From the IMG/VR virus record IMGVR_UViG_3300037840_000505: a DNA stretch of 64,000 nucleotides. One strand, 5' to 3'. Below are positions 1 to 9,236 of the stretch, one piece after another; positions within the stretch are counted from its first letter, which is position 1; each line of letters opens with the position of its first letter. The notes beneath the pieces are model-generated. The model was given only the letters and a program-made list of their open reading frames with translations. It was not told the origin of the DNA and did no database searches. The translations under genes and the position numbers were made by a program. The stretch comes from an uncultured virus (IMG/VR IMGVR_UViG_3300037840_000505) (Duplodnaviria > Heunggongvirae > Uroviricota > Caudoviricetes).

Positions 1-3000
1 GATGTAGGTATAGGTGTTGCGTACGATCGATTCGATCGGGTCGATGATCTCGCGCTCCGATCCCTCGATGCGGTGTATCGGATTGGAGGCCTGGAGCGAG
101 GCACCCATTCCCTGGCCGCGCTCGGCGGCGTTGAAGACCCGGTTGAAGGGGACATAGAGCCGGTTCGCCTCCTTCATCGCGGCATAGCCGTCGGCCGAGA
201 GGATTCCCGAATCCCTCAGATAGGCCGCGAGGCGGTCCTGGTAGTCGATCAGCTTTTCGAGCGTCCCCGAGTAGCGCTCGAGCCCCGCCGCGCCGACCTG
301 GCGCGCGGCCGACAAACTCATTCCCGTCTCGATCCCGCGGTGCTCCAGCTCCAACGCGCGGACCGAGGCGGCGAAGGCGCGCAGCCCGTCGAGATCGTCC
401 TTCATCGGATCGAGGATCGATTTGAGGGACGGTCCGACCGTCTCATAGGTGTTGAAGTCGATCGAGCCGAAATTGAGCCAGTGGTCGGCCTTGCCCGCAG
501 TCCCCGCGAGCAGCCGCGCCAGTTGGTAGGGGTTCTGCGCCGTCGCGAGGTCGGTAACACCCCCAAGCGCCGCGCGCACCCCCTGGCCTTGGGTCCGCGC
601 CGTCGCTTCGGCGATCGGGAAGAGCTTGTCGATCGTGTTGGTATAGAGCCGGGACCAGGTCATCGGCCGCTTGTCGGTCGAGCCCCCGATATTGATCCGG
701 TCGAGGATTTCCTGTTCGGCCGGCGTGCGGATCGGCGGTTCCTCCCCGACAGCGGCGATGCTCAGCCCGATGGGAGGCGCTCCGGGTTTGGGGAAGAGGT
801 CACTGAAATCGCCTTGGCCACCGGCCGGCTTCTCGGCGAAGAGACCGCCCGGCTCCTGTTGCCCTGTCGGCGGGGCAATGCGGCCGTGGCCTTCGGCTTC
901 GCGTGAGGCTGCGGCTTGCTGCGCCGAGCGTTCGGCACCGGGGAGGACGAGCTGTGCGCCTTGGTCGGTCTGTTCGACTGTTGGTTTCTCGGCTGGCGGT
1001 AGTTTCTCGCCATTGCGCCCAGTGATCTCGATGTCCTTTGGGTCGAAGATCACGAGGTTGCGGGTGACGTTCTTGCCGTTTTCGATCTGCGCAAGCTTCT
1101 CCTGCCACTGGGCAATGCGAGCCTCGCGCTCGGCGATCTGCTGCTGTTCCCCTTCGAAATAAGCCGGCAGCATTTGCGGGTTAGCGCGGTTGCGGGCGAT
1201 GTCGTCGCGGATCGCGACAACCGCATCCTGCGCAGCCTTGATGCTGCTTTTGAGTTGGTTGATCTCGATGGGTGCCATGGCCGCAGATGTGCGGCTATTC
1301 TGATCGAGGTAGCGGATGCCGCGAATGCCGGCGGCGCTCAAACGCTTGGATAGTTCGGCCGCGTCGGGGCGTCCCGTTTTGGGATCAGCGCGCGTATCGT
1401 AGGCGAGAACGCCATCATGCCAATCGCCGCCGGAGCGCTTTAGATCTCCCGTAGGAATGTTGGCCGCTTTCAATTTCTCGACGATCGCCGGCTGTTCGCT
1501 GAGCGGTTTATCCCAGTCGAGGAGGCTCTCTTCCGGTGCTTTGACATGGGTCTCGTAGATATGGCTCCCGAACAATTCGTCAGCTTTTTGTTCCGCAACA
1601 GCCCGCGAGATATTCCCGTATGCGGTAAGGGCGTTAACGTAGTCTTCTCTTTTTTTGGTCCCGAGCCTTTTGGCGTATCCTTCCGCAACTTCCGGTTCCT
1701 CGGCGAGATAGATCCCGTGGCCATAGGTGTGCGCCCCTTCGCCCGTGCCGATCTTTTCCAGGCTGAAGCGTCCCAGCGGCGCGCCGGGTTCGGCCTCGAA
1801 AGTGTGCGGCGTTCCGTGATAGGCCGTGAGCGCAAACTGCACCTGCGCATCCGCTCTTGCCTGTTCGGCCGGCCCTACGACCCTTGCGCCGGGTTCGGGT
1901 TCTCCTCGGGCGGCAATTCCTGCCGGAGCCCCAGCTGCTCCGCCTGGGCGCGCCTCGCCCGCAGCTGCCATACTGCCTCGAGCTGCGCCATCTGCGAGCC
2001 GAGCGAGATCGCCGCTTGCTGCTTGTCGTCGGAGTTCGGCCACGAAATCTCGGGCAGCGGCGGCGCGGTCGAAGCGTCGCTCGGCCACCCCTCGGGCGCT
2101 TCTGGTAAGGGCGTCTGAGAGGGGTCCCTTGCGGTTGGCGAGGGCCTGGAGAAGTTGCGTGGCCTGGCCATCAATCGTTGCGCGTCTTGCGTTTTCATTG
2201 GTTGCCAGCTCGTTCCCGAGTTCCTTGATGACGTCCTCGTTATCGATGAGGCGCTGAAAGACGATCCGATCCCGCCGTAACTCCTTCAATGACCGGTCGA
2301 GGATCTTGGCGCGCTCGCCGTAGAGCGAGGATACCAGGTCCTGGTCGCCGAAGAGACTCGTCTGGGTCTCGGTGTGGAGACCGGCGTCGAGCCCCTGGCG
2401 CACGATGCTTTCGGCCTGGGTGACGTTGTCGGGCTGGGTCTTGGCCAGGAGGTCGAGGAGCGCGTTCTGCATCGCCCCGTCCTCGGGCGCCAACCGTCCG
2501 ACGATGGCGGCGTAATTGGGCGGGACGATATCGTTCACCGCCATGCCGAAGGCGTTGGGGTCGAGGTTCATCAGCCCTTGCGCCTGACGGACGAGTTCGC
2601 TCCTCGGCGGCAGCGCGGGAAGGAGGTCCGGGCGGTCGCGCAGCACCTTCGCCGCGTCGACCGGAGTTCCCGTTCCCTCGGCGATGTTCTTCGCCGCCGC
2701 CATCGCGCGGACATCCTGGTCGGTTACCCCGTCCGAGGCTTTCAAGACCCAGGCGTTGAGCTTCGGTTCCTGAACCGGGTCGGCCGCGGCGATCCTTTGC
2801 GCCAAAGCCAGGCGTTGATGCCCGTCGGCGATGTAGTTGGAACCGTCGCTGTCCTCGAAGACGATCCCCAGCCCGGCCTTCAACGGGTCCCACTCCTTCA
2901 CCCCTTGGAGGCGGTTGGAGACGCCTTCCTGGTCGGTCCCTTCCTTGAACTGGAAGCGCTGGGCATCGACTTTCAACTGGTCGGGAGAGAAGGCCTGGAT

Positions 3001-3903
3001 CTGGGGTGGGGCAGAGGTCGCCTGCGCGGGCCGTGGAGGGGCTTCTTCCCCCGGGGTCATCGTCATAGAGGCGGGAGGCTCTTCGCCTATCGCCGGGGAT
3101 TGCGCCGGCGCCGCTGTCTCGCCTGGAATGAGCGGCGCTACTGTCCTCGGGACCGGTTGGTTGTCGCCGACATACCGTGCCGGCAATTCGCCGCTGGAGG
3201 ATGCGAGGTCTTGCGCGATCGTAGGATCGGTCTCGGCGTCGTGCGCGACCTCGGCCGGATGGATGCCGTGATCGGTCCAGAGCCCTTCGAGCTTCTCGCG
3301 GAACAAGGGAGAAGGCGTCGGCAGCCCCGCGACCGAGCGGGCGGCGTCGGCGAAATCCTGGCTCTCCGGCAGATCGCCGATCGCCTCGTGCACCGGCGTT
3401 CCGTCGGGTCCGGGCTTTACGCGCATCAAAGGTGCGGTCGGATGGGGAAACCCGGTATAGGGACCGGCCGGGAAGGCTTCCGCCCCCGCCGCCAGGGGGC
3501 CGCCGATCCCCGGGACGGCTTCGGCCAGACCGCGCAGGATCGCGCCCGAGACCTTCCCGGCCGCGGCGATGGGCTGGGCGACATAGAGGAGGCCCAATTT
3601 GCGGTACATTGCCTCCTGTTCGGGATCGAGCGCCGGTTCGAGCCCGCCGCCTTCCTTGAACCCGGTCCAGAAATTGGCGCCGAGCTTATTAGGGTCGCCG
3701 CCGAGGAGCGACACCGGATCGGCGGCCTTGGTTACCCGTTCGAGGAAGCCCTGGGCGGAGGGCGGCGGACCGCCCAGGTAATGGTCGATCTCTTCATCGC
3801 CGAACCCTGCCTGCGAGAGGGTCTGGCGCTGCTGGGTAGACCACTCCCCGATTTCTTCGTCCGAGAAACCGGCGGATTGCAGGTCGGCGATGGGGCTCGG
3901 CAT
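1..3903 (-). CDS. Large polyvalent virion/ejection protein, N-terminal part (runs off left edge); ParB-like domain (~2250-3000) and ART-PolyVal-like domain (~1020-1830)
   Basis: Hand-translated from ATG 3903 (MPSPIADLQSAGFSDEEI...). Absent from the ORF track, consistent with no stop before position 1. In-frame motifs: VDAQRFQFK...NYIADGHQRL (ParB-like) and AYHGTPHTF...IGTGEGAHTYGHGIYLAE...GIRYLD...NLVIFD (ART-like). Ends ...SIVRNTYTYI at the edge. Confidence 0.85.
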   Translation of the reverse strand, partial: MPSPIADLQSAGFSDEEIGEWSTQQRQTLSQAGFGDEEIDHYLGGPPPSAQGFLERVTKAADPVSLLGGDPNKLGANFWTGFKEGGGLEPALDPEQEAMYRKLGLLYVAQPIAAAGKVSGAILRGLAEAVPGIGGPLAAGAEAFPAGPYTGFPHPTAPLMRVKPGPDGTPVHEAIGDLPESQDFADAARSVAGLPTPSPLFREKLEGLWTDHGIHPAEVAHDAETDPTIAQDLASSSGELPARYVGDNQPVPRTVAPLIPGETAAPAQSPAIGEEPPASMTMTPGEEAPPRPAQATSAPPQIQAFSPDQLKVDAQRFQFKEGTDQEGVSNRLQGVKEWDPLKAGLGIVFEDSDGSNYIADGHQRLALAQRIAAADPVQEPKLNAWVLKASDGVTDQDVRAMAAAKNIAEGTGTPVDAAKVLRDRPDLLPALPPRSELVRQAQGLMNLDPNAFGMAVNDIVPPNYAAIVGRLAPEDGAMQNALLDLLAKTQPDNVTQAESIVRQGLDAGLHTETQTSLFGDQDLVSSLYGERAKILDRSLKELRRDRIVFQRLIDNEDVIKELGNELATNENARRATIDGQATQLLQALANRKGPLSDALTRSARGVAERRFDRAAAARDFVAELRRQAASGDLARLADGAARGSMAAAGEARPGGAAGAPAGIAARGEPEPGARVVGPAEQARADAQVQFALTAYHGTPHTFEAEPGAPLGRFSLEKIGTGEGAHTYGHGIYLAEEPEVAEGYAKRLGTKKREDYVNALTAYGNISRAVAEQKADELFGSHIYETHVKAPEESLLDWDKPLSEQPAIVEKLKAANIPTGDLKRSGGDWHDGVLAYDTRADPKTGRPDAAELSKRLSAAGIRGIRYLDQNSRTSAAMAPIEINQLKSSIKAAQDAVVAIRDDIARNRANPQMLPAYFEGEQQQIAEREARIAQWQEKLAQIENGKNVTRNLVIFDPKDIEITGRNGEKLPPAEKPTVEQTDQGAQLVLPGAERSAQQAAASREAEGHGRIAPPTGQQEPGGLFAEKPAGGQGDFSDLFPKPGAPPIGLSIAAVGEEPPIRTPAEQEILDRINIGGSTDKRPMTWSRLYTNTIDKLFPIAEATARTQGQGVRAALGGVTDLATAQNPYQLARLLAGTAGKADHWLNFGSIDFNTYETVGPSLKSILDPMKDDLDGLRAFAASVRALELEHRGIETGMSLSAARQVGAAGLERYSGTLEKLIDYQDRLAAYLRDSGILSADGYAAMKEANRLYVPFNRVFNAAERGQGMGASLQASNPIHRIEGSEREIIDPIESIVRNTYTYI

Positions 3904-3904
3904 T

Positions 3905-4216
3905 TTAGGGTGCGCGGGTTGCCCGCGCTGCGGCTATGCCAATTGAGGTGCGAACCTCGATCGCATGACCATCATCGGTCCACGACAGAGCCATGGCCTC
4001 GCAGCACGGCTCGCAGAAATGAAAGGTCTTGGTCACCCTATCCTCTCGGTTGACCTCGGTTTTGGCGCGTACATGCACGCCGACTGGAATAGCCTCCCAG
4101 CAGATGTTGCATTTGTGAGGCTTTCGGGTGGTAACAAATTGGTCGCGCAGCTCGCGCACCTCGGTTTCGTCGCCGAAGAATGGATCATAGGCGAGGCAAT
4201 CGGCTTCGTTCATCAT
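3905..4216 (-). CDS. Small Zn-binding phage protein (paralog of 53410..53820)
   Basis: TRKPHKCNICWEAI...FHFCEPCC; start overlaps the upstream stop. Confidence 0.7.
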   Translation of the reverse strand: MMNEADCLAYDPFFGDETEVRELRDQFVTTRKPHKCNICWEAIPVGVHVRAKTEVNREDRVTKTFHFCEPCCEAMALSWTDDGHAIEVRTSIGIAAARATRAP

Positions 4217-7023
4217 CGCTCCAATGGCGCGGACGCCGCAGGCTGCGGCATCAACCCAGGAAGGATACCGCCTCCCACCCGTTTCATATAATCCTGGATG
4301 GTCTCGCCCGGCTGCCTCTGTGGGGTGACGCTTGTCGGGGCTGGGGTATTGGCGGAAGCCGCTCCGGTCAGCGCGCGCGTCTTGTCCTGCAGCGACTGCT
4401 GCAGCGTCTTCTGATAGGGCGCTATCGCTTCGGGCTTGCCCATGAAATCGGGCTTCGCCGGATCGAGCGCATCGCCGGGATTTTTGTTGGCGGCGCGCAA
4501 TTCGTCCATCTTCTGGTCGACCGCGTATTCGAAGAGGTAGCGCTGCGACTTTCCCGACTCGTCAATCTTCCCCATCAGCGGGTTCGAGTGATCGATCTGC
4601 GGGCCGTAATCCTCAAAAAACTTCGCGCGACGAGCCGCCAGCTTTTCCCCGCCGGGCGTCATCACCTCATTGAACTGCTTCTGGACGAATTCGAAATCGG
4701 CTTTGTTGAGGCTGTGAGCGTTGTCGAGGATTTGCGACATGTCGGTGATCTTCTGATCGTTCCCATAGGGAAGGCGGATACGGTCGAGCAATCCCAAGGC
4801 GTTGCGGTAGGAGACCGCCGCCGGTAATCCGGTTCCCGGCGGGTTCGCCATGAAGTCCAATACCCTCGTGCGCAGCTCGGGATCGTTCTGGAAGGCCGGA
4901 TCATTCACCACGTCCTTTGCGGTGAATTTGGGTTGGTCCGAAAAGGCGTCTTGCTGGTATTTGGTGATCGCCTGGTCGAGGAGCTGCTTTTGCGCCTTGG
5001 CGTCCTGTAGCTGCTGGCGGTTGTAGTCGCTCTCGATCGCGTCGTAATTCTGCCGCGCCAGGGCCTTCGCCTTGAATTCCGTGTCGATCGGCAGGTTCAT
5101 CGCCTCGATGTGGCGGAACATGCCGGCCAGGGTCATCGTCTTCTCGATGCCCGGGGGTTGGCCCGGCTGGACAGCGGCGGGAGCTGGCTGGGCACCTACG
5201 ACTTGATCGGTTCCTTGCGGCGCCGCGATCAGCTGCGCCGCTTTCTGCGCATAGTCCTTGTAGCCCTGGGGGGAGGGATGCACATCGTTTGTCGGAAGCG
5301 GTCCGGCGAAGGGCACGCCGTGCTGCTGCGCGATTTGCGCCAATTGAGCATTATAGGGCGCGAATTTCCCGGTATCGACCCCTGCCAGTACCGGGGTGGC
5401 GCCGGCCGCTTTGAGCGCGTCGAGCTGGCGCCCGACGAACTGAAGCTGGAACTCGGGGGCGTAATGCGTCAAGTCGCCGTTCATCAGCCCTGACGACCAC
5501 AATACGGTCTTGCCCGCGAATTTCTCCGGGTGTGCTTCGATATAGGCGAGGTTGTCCTGTGGGTTGCGACCGCCGGCGGCGTCGGAATCGGGCGCGGCGG
5601 CGTCGGTTGAATGCGCCGTTCGTGACCCAGGGAGACCCGCAGCGCTCTGGAACCCGAAGCCGATACTGTCGCCGGCGCCGAGATCAAACTTGCCAGGCTG
5701 CGCCGGCCGGCCTGGCCCACCCTGATCGATCGCCCGTGCGTTGGCATAGGCGGTCGCATAAGAAGGGTTGGTCGCGGTGACGCTTTTGACTTCGGCCGGG
5801 TTCGGATTGCCCGTCAGATAGCCGGCGAGAGCCGCTTGCCAGCTGCCGCCCTGTTGATGAAGGTCGGCCATGTAATGTGCGGCGCCTTCAAGCGATGACG
5901 GTACGTCATTGACGTTGACACCGTATTTCTGCGCGGTTTCATCCTGGAACTGGGCAATACCCTTGGCGCCCCCGTTGGGTCCTACCCCAGAGTTGGCGAC
6001 GCCCGGGTTCCAGTTAGACTCGCCCATAATCTGGTGCGAGAAAATCTCCCACGGCACCCCGTATTTCGCGGCGGCCTGGCGCCCCATCTGCTCGAAATCG
6101 GCGCGCGGTATCTGCGGCGGCGCGACCGCACCACCCGGCGCTACAGCAGGGAGGTTTCCGCCATAGGCCGCGTGGATCGCATCGTCGGCCGCGCCCTTGG
6201 CCCGGATGTCGGTCAGCTTTGACTGAAGCTTCTGGTCGAGGGCATCGTACCGGGGGCCCTTGAGCAACTGGCCGTAGGGCGATTGCAGGGCTTTTTGCGC
6301 GAAGGCGAGGTCTCTGGGGTCCTGGCTCGTGAGGAGCGACTCGATCGAGCGCTCGGTGACCGCGGCGTTCGCCTTGCTGACCGCTTCGTCGATCAGATCC
6401 TGGCTGGCGTTGGCGCCGTATTTGAGGCGCACCTGGTCGGTCGCTGCGGACCTTGCCTTGTCGAAAGCCGCCTCTAAGGCTTGCGGGTCCTTGGGAGCGG
6501 ATGCGGCGAGATCGGACGCTCCGGCGAACCGCGCGTTGTTGACCCCTTCCTGGTAGGTGTTGAACTGCGAATCGTAATGCGCGCCGATGGTCGAAAGCAA
6601 CCGGCGCATCGCATAGGAGGTTTCGTTGTTGAACAGCAATTCCTGGTCCGACGAGAACAATTGGCCCTTGTACTGATCTCGCAGATCGAGGATCTTCTGG
6701 CGCACGCTTGCCTGCGCCGTGAGTGCGTCTTCTCCCCTTGTCCCCAAGAGCCCGCGATCGGGCGACCCGTCCGCACCGGTCTTCGACGGGTCGCCGTAGA
6801 CCAGCTTGTTCGATTCGTCTTCGAACTGGTTGGCGAGCTGCTGCGCCGAGACCTCTTCATAGGTCTTCGCCGCCGAGGTTGCGCCCGCTCCCGCCCGTTC
6901 CAGCCCTTGGCCGATCGCTGCGCCAAAGGCCGCAGGGGTCGGGTTGATCCGCTGATAGTCTTCCGGTACTTCGGTCCGCGGGAGGACCGAAGGGATGCCT
7001 TCATCGTAGGGTACGGTTGCCAT
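4213..7023 (-). CDS. Internal virion (ejection) protein with lytic transglycosylase (SLT) and SGNH hydrolase domains
   Basis: 936 aa helical protein. SLT motifs ESNWNP, GAKGIAQF, GAAHYM, ALAGY; SGNH motifs GDS...G...GLMN...NDVHP. Lies downstream of the tail tube genes. Confidence 0.85.
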   Translation of the reverse strand: MATVPYDEGIPSVLPRTEVPEDYQRINPTPAAFGAAIGQGLERAGAGATSAAKTYEEVSAQQLANQFEDESNKLVYGDPSKTGADGSPDRGLLGTRGEDALTAQASVRQKILDLRDQYKGQLFSSDQELLFNNETSYAMRRLLSTIGAHYDSQFNTYQEGVNNARFAGASDLAASAPKDPQALEAAFDKARSAATDQVRLKYGANASQDLIDEAVSKANAAVTERSIESLLTSQDPRDLAFAQKALQSPYGQLLKGPRYDALDQKLQSKLTDIRAKGAADDAIHAAYGGNLPAVAPGGAVAPPQIPRADFEQMGRQAAAKYGVPWEIFSHQIMGESNWNPGVANSGVGPNGGAKGIAQFQDETAQKYGVNVNDVPSSLEGAAHYMADLHQQGGSWQAALAGYLTGNPNPAEVKSVTATNPSYATAYANARAIDQGGPGRPAQPGKFDLGAGDSIGFGFQSAAGLPGSRTAHSTDAAAPDSDAAGGRNPQDNLAYIEAHPEKFAGKTVLWSSGLMNGDLTHYAPEFQLQFVGRQLDALKAAGATPVLAGVDTGKFAPYNAQLAQIAQQHGVPFAGPLPTNDVHPSPQGYKDYAQKAAQLIAAPQGTDQVVGAQPAPAAVQPGQPPGIEKTMTLAGMFRHIEAMNLPIDTEFKAKALARQNYDAIESDYNRQQLQDAKAQKQLLDQAITKYQQDAFSDQPKFTAKDVVNDPAFQNDPELRTRVLDFMANPPGTGLPAAVSYRNALGLLDRIRLPYGNDQKITDMSQILDNAHSLNKADFEFVQKQFNEVMTPGGEKLAARRAKFFEDYGPQIDHSNPLMGKIDESGKSQRYLFEYAVDQKMDELRAANKNPGDALDPAKPDFMGKPEAIAPYQKTLQQSLQDKTRALTGAASANTPAPTSVTPQRQPGETIQDYMKRVGGGILPGLMPQPAASAPLER

Positions 7024-7028
7024 GAAGT

Positions 7029-7105
7029 TGGTGCTGACGGCCTCGATTCGAACGGGCGACCTGAAGTTTACAAAACTCCTGCTCTACCGACTGAGCTACG
7101 CCAGC
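7029..7105 (-). tRNA. tRNA-Thr(TGT) with encoded CCA
   Basis: GCTGGCG TA GCTC AGTCGGTA GAGC A GGAGT TTTGTAA ACTTC AGGTC GCCCG TTCGAAT CGAGGC CGTCAGC A CCA folds as a cloverleaf; one extra base in the T-stem. Confidence 0.9.
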
Positions 7106-7106
7106 A

Positions 7107-7346
7107 TCATCCCCCCTGCGCCCCGCGGGGCGTCGGCCCATGATAGTGATGATGGTGGTGATGGTGAAGATGAATATGGGTCCCCGGCCAGCAGATATGG
7201 CTGTCGCCCTTGGGGTAGGATTCGCCGCACCCTTCCGGGCATAGCGTAAACCCGGGATGCTGGGGCCAGGTGTCGCGTTGCGTCGCCACCAGCATCTGGC
7301 CTGAAGCGAGGAGCTGGGGGTCGTTCTGCTTTACTTCATCCGCCAT
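7107..7346 (-). CDS. His-rich small hypothetical protein
   Basis: SD AAGGGG before ATG 7346; CPEGC...HIC followed by HIHLHHHHHHHYH. Confidence 0.6.
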   Translation of the reverse strand: MADEVKQNDPQLLASGQMLVATQRDTWPQHPGFTLCPEGCGESYPKGDSHICWPGTHIHLHHHHHHHYHGPTPRGAQGG

Positions 7347-7357
7347 GTCTTTTCCCC

Positions 7358-7564
7358 TTAGCGCACCGATTCCCAGCTCTTCGGGCTCAAGCCGTGGCGC
7401 AGGCCGTGCACCATTACCCGCAGGCTTGCCGCAGTGTGCCCGGTGCCCTCGGCCAGGGCCTGGAGCTCGCCCCATGGCGCCCTGGGTTTGCGGGCGACCT
7501 CGCGCAGCCGGCGCACGAGATAGGGCGACACCGGCCGGTGCTCTTGCTTAGGGCGTGTCGTCAT
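7358..7564 (-). CDS. Small basic, possibly HTH-like hypothetical protein
   Basis: MTTRPKQ...ELQALAEGTGHTAASLRVMV; overlaps the upstream gene end. Confidence 0.45.
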   Translation of the reverse strand: MTTRPKQEHRPVSPYLVRRLREVARKPRAPWGELQALAEGTGHTAASLRVMVHGLRHGLSPKSWESVR

Positions 7565-8186
7565 ATTGCGGGGGGCCCAATAACCCCGAGTCGGGGTCAT
7601 AGACCGATCCCGGGTTCTGGTTTCCCAGGCTGGCGAACTTGCCCGGCAGCGTTCCCGCCGCGGTCAATGTCGATCCGGTCGCCGACAGGAGCGCCCCCGG
7701 GATGGCGTTGGCGGCCGTGGCTTTTTCAAGCGCGGCTTCGGACTCATAGCTCGTCGCCTGCGTGCCGTAGCCGTAAGCCTGAAGGGCTGCGTTTTCGGCG
7801 ACGTTCTCTTCCGAGAGGGTCCCCGATATCCGCTGCGATTCCTGCACGGCCACATTGGAACCGGTATTGACGCCGACCCCGCCCGCGGCCTGCGCCGTTT
7901 TGACCGCCCCGAGAGAGGCCGCGGCTTTCAATCCCGTCACCTCTTCCTGGGCCGATCCCGCTTCGAGCGAATACTGTTTGTTGGCGAGCGCCGTTGTCTC
8001 GTTGTTCTTCGCGACCTGGGCGGCGTAATTCGCCTGCTGTTCCGAGGCTATCCCGCCGGTGATCGCTCCTGTCGCGGAGGCAGCCGCCCCCGCAATGGCG
8101 AGCGACGGCAGGAGCGAGATGCCCCCGGTGCCAATCGCAGCGCCGGCGATGGCGAGAGGCGCGGCAATGGACGAGAGGACCGCCAT
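7548..8186 (-). CDS. Small internal virion (ejection) protein, T7 gp14-like position
   Basis: Ala/Gly-rich hydrophobic N-terminus, AAGGVGVNTGS motif, synteny. Confidence 0.75.
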   Translation of the reverse strand: MAVLSSIAAPLAIAGAAIGTGGISLLPSLAIAGAAASATGAITGGIASEQQANYAAQVAKNNETTALANKQYSLEAGSAQEEVTGLKAAASLGAVKTAQAAGGVGVNTGSNVAVQESQRISGTLSEENVAENAALQAYGYGTQATSYESEAALEKATAANAIPGALLSATGSTLTAAGTLPGKFASLGNQNPGSVYDPDSGLLGPPQYDDTP

Positions 8187-8191
8187 TTCAG

Positions 8192-8668
8192 TTAGGCGGC
8201 CTTCCGCTCTTCCTGGACGAGCACCAGGTCATAGACCTTGAGACCGTCGATCATCCGCGATCCCGAGACTTCCAGGCCGAGCTTTGCGGCGAATCGCATC
8301 GCGGGCCTATCCCCGGCGAGGAGCACGGCGTGGAGCTCGGGCCAGCGCTGGCTGATCAGGGCGATCCCCGATCGGGCGGCAGAGAGGAGCTGGCGCGGAC
8401 GGGCCATCCCCCTTGTCGTCACCGCGCACCAGACATGTACCCGGGGAGAAAGGAGAGACCCGACCCGGGGAGAGAGAAGCGACCCGATCGCCCCGCCGAT
8501 CGCCACGCACCTCCCCTCGTCGAGGAGCGCCCAGGAGAGGCTCGAGCGGCGCAGGTAATCGACGAGCGATTTGCGCACTCCCGTTATCGAGAGATCGGCG
8601 CGGTCCTCTTCGCGGCAATCATGGGCGACGAGAAGCGCATGGCCGAGCTTGGCGGGGACGAGGGTCAT
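8192..8668 (-). CDS. GNAT-fold internal virion protein (T7 gp13-like)
   Basis: DCREEDRADL...VAIGG...AMRFAAKLG pattern; lies between the nozzle and ejection genes; ATGA overlap. Confidence 0.65.
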   Translation of the reverse strand: MTLVPAKLGHALLVAHDCREEDRADLSITGVRKSLVDYLRRSSLSWALLDEGRCVAIGGAIGSLLSPRVGSLLSPRVHVWCAVTTRGMARPRQLLSAARSGIALISQRWPELHAVLLAGDRPAMRFAAKLGLEVSGSRMIDGLKVYDLVLVQEERKAA

Positions 8669-8943
8669 GCGGAAAGGATGCCTCGCTCTTCCAAGAGGCG
8701 CCGCAACTCGGGATCGCGGGTATCGATCCGGCCCAGCCAATAGCGCGCCTGGTCGATGATGTGAGCGTGCGAATTGGAGTCGGGCCTTTCTTCTACGCGG
8801 TCGAATGCCCAATCGAGCATGGCGTGCGCGACCGGCCTGGACTGTCCCGTTTCTGCGAAACACTCGGCGCCTATGAGGGCCCAAGTCCTTGCGAACTGCT
8901 CATCCGTCACGCCGCCCTCTCCGCTGCTTGGGTTGGTGTTCAT
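8665..8943 (-). CDS. Hypothetical protein
   Basis: 92 aa ORF, translationally coupled at both ends. Confidence 0.55.
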   Translation of the reverse strand: MNTNPSSGEGGVTDEQFARTWALIGAECFAETGQSRPVAHAMLDWAFDRVEERPDSNSHAHIIDQARYWLGRIDTRDPELRRLLEERGILSA

Positions 8944-9236
8944 TTCAAATTCGGGTCGGCGTCGGCGTCGACAAACTTCAGTTCCTTGAAGGTGCCGTCA
9001 TCCTGCTTCACCCATACGCCGTCTTCGCAGGCGACAAAGATGCGTCCGTGGAATTCGCACATCGCGATGACAGCTTTGCCGCTGGTGCCAATAAGTTCCA
9101 GTCCTTCCCGTTTCGGCATCAGCGCAGCTTCGCGGGAACACGCCGCACAAATACCAGGACCGCCGCACCGCGCCTTTGCGCCGTCGGGCCGCGGATGGAC
9201 GTGGCCGTGCCCGGTATTCCAATCGGTGTTGCTCAC
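8940..9236 (-). CDS. Hypothetical Cys/His metal-binding protein
   Basis: GTGA overlap with the nozzle gene; GHGHVHPRPDGAKARCGGPGICAAC. Confidence 0.6.
   Translation of the reverse strand: MSNTDWNTGHGHVHPRPDGAKARCGGPGICAACSREAALMPKREGLELIGTSGKAVIAMCEFHGRIFVACEDGVWVKQDDGTFKELKFVDADADPNLK

Noticed and set aside
7029..7105. tRNA as a prophage attachment site
   Set aside because: No duplicated 3' fragment noticed, no integrase, and phage genes lie on both sides.
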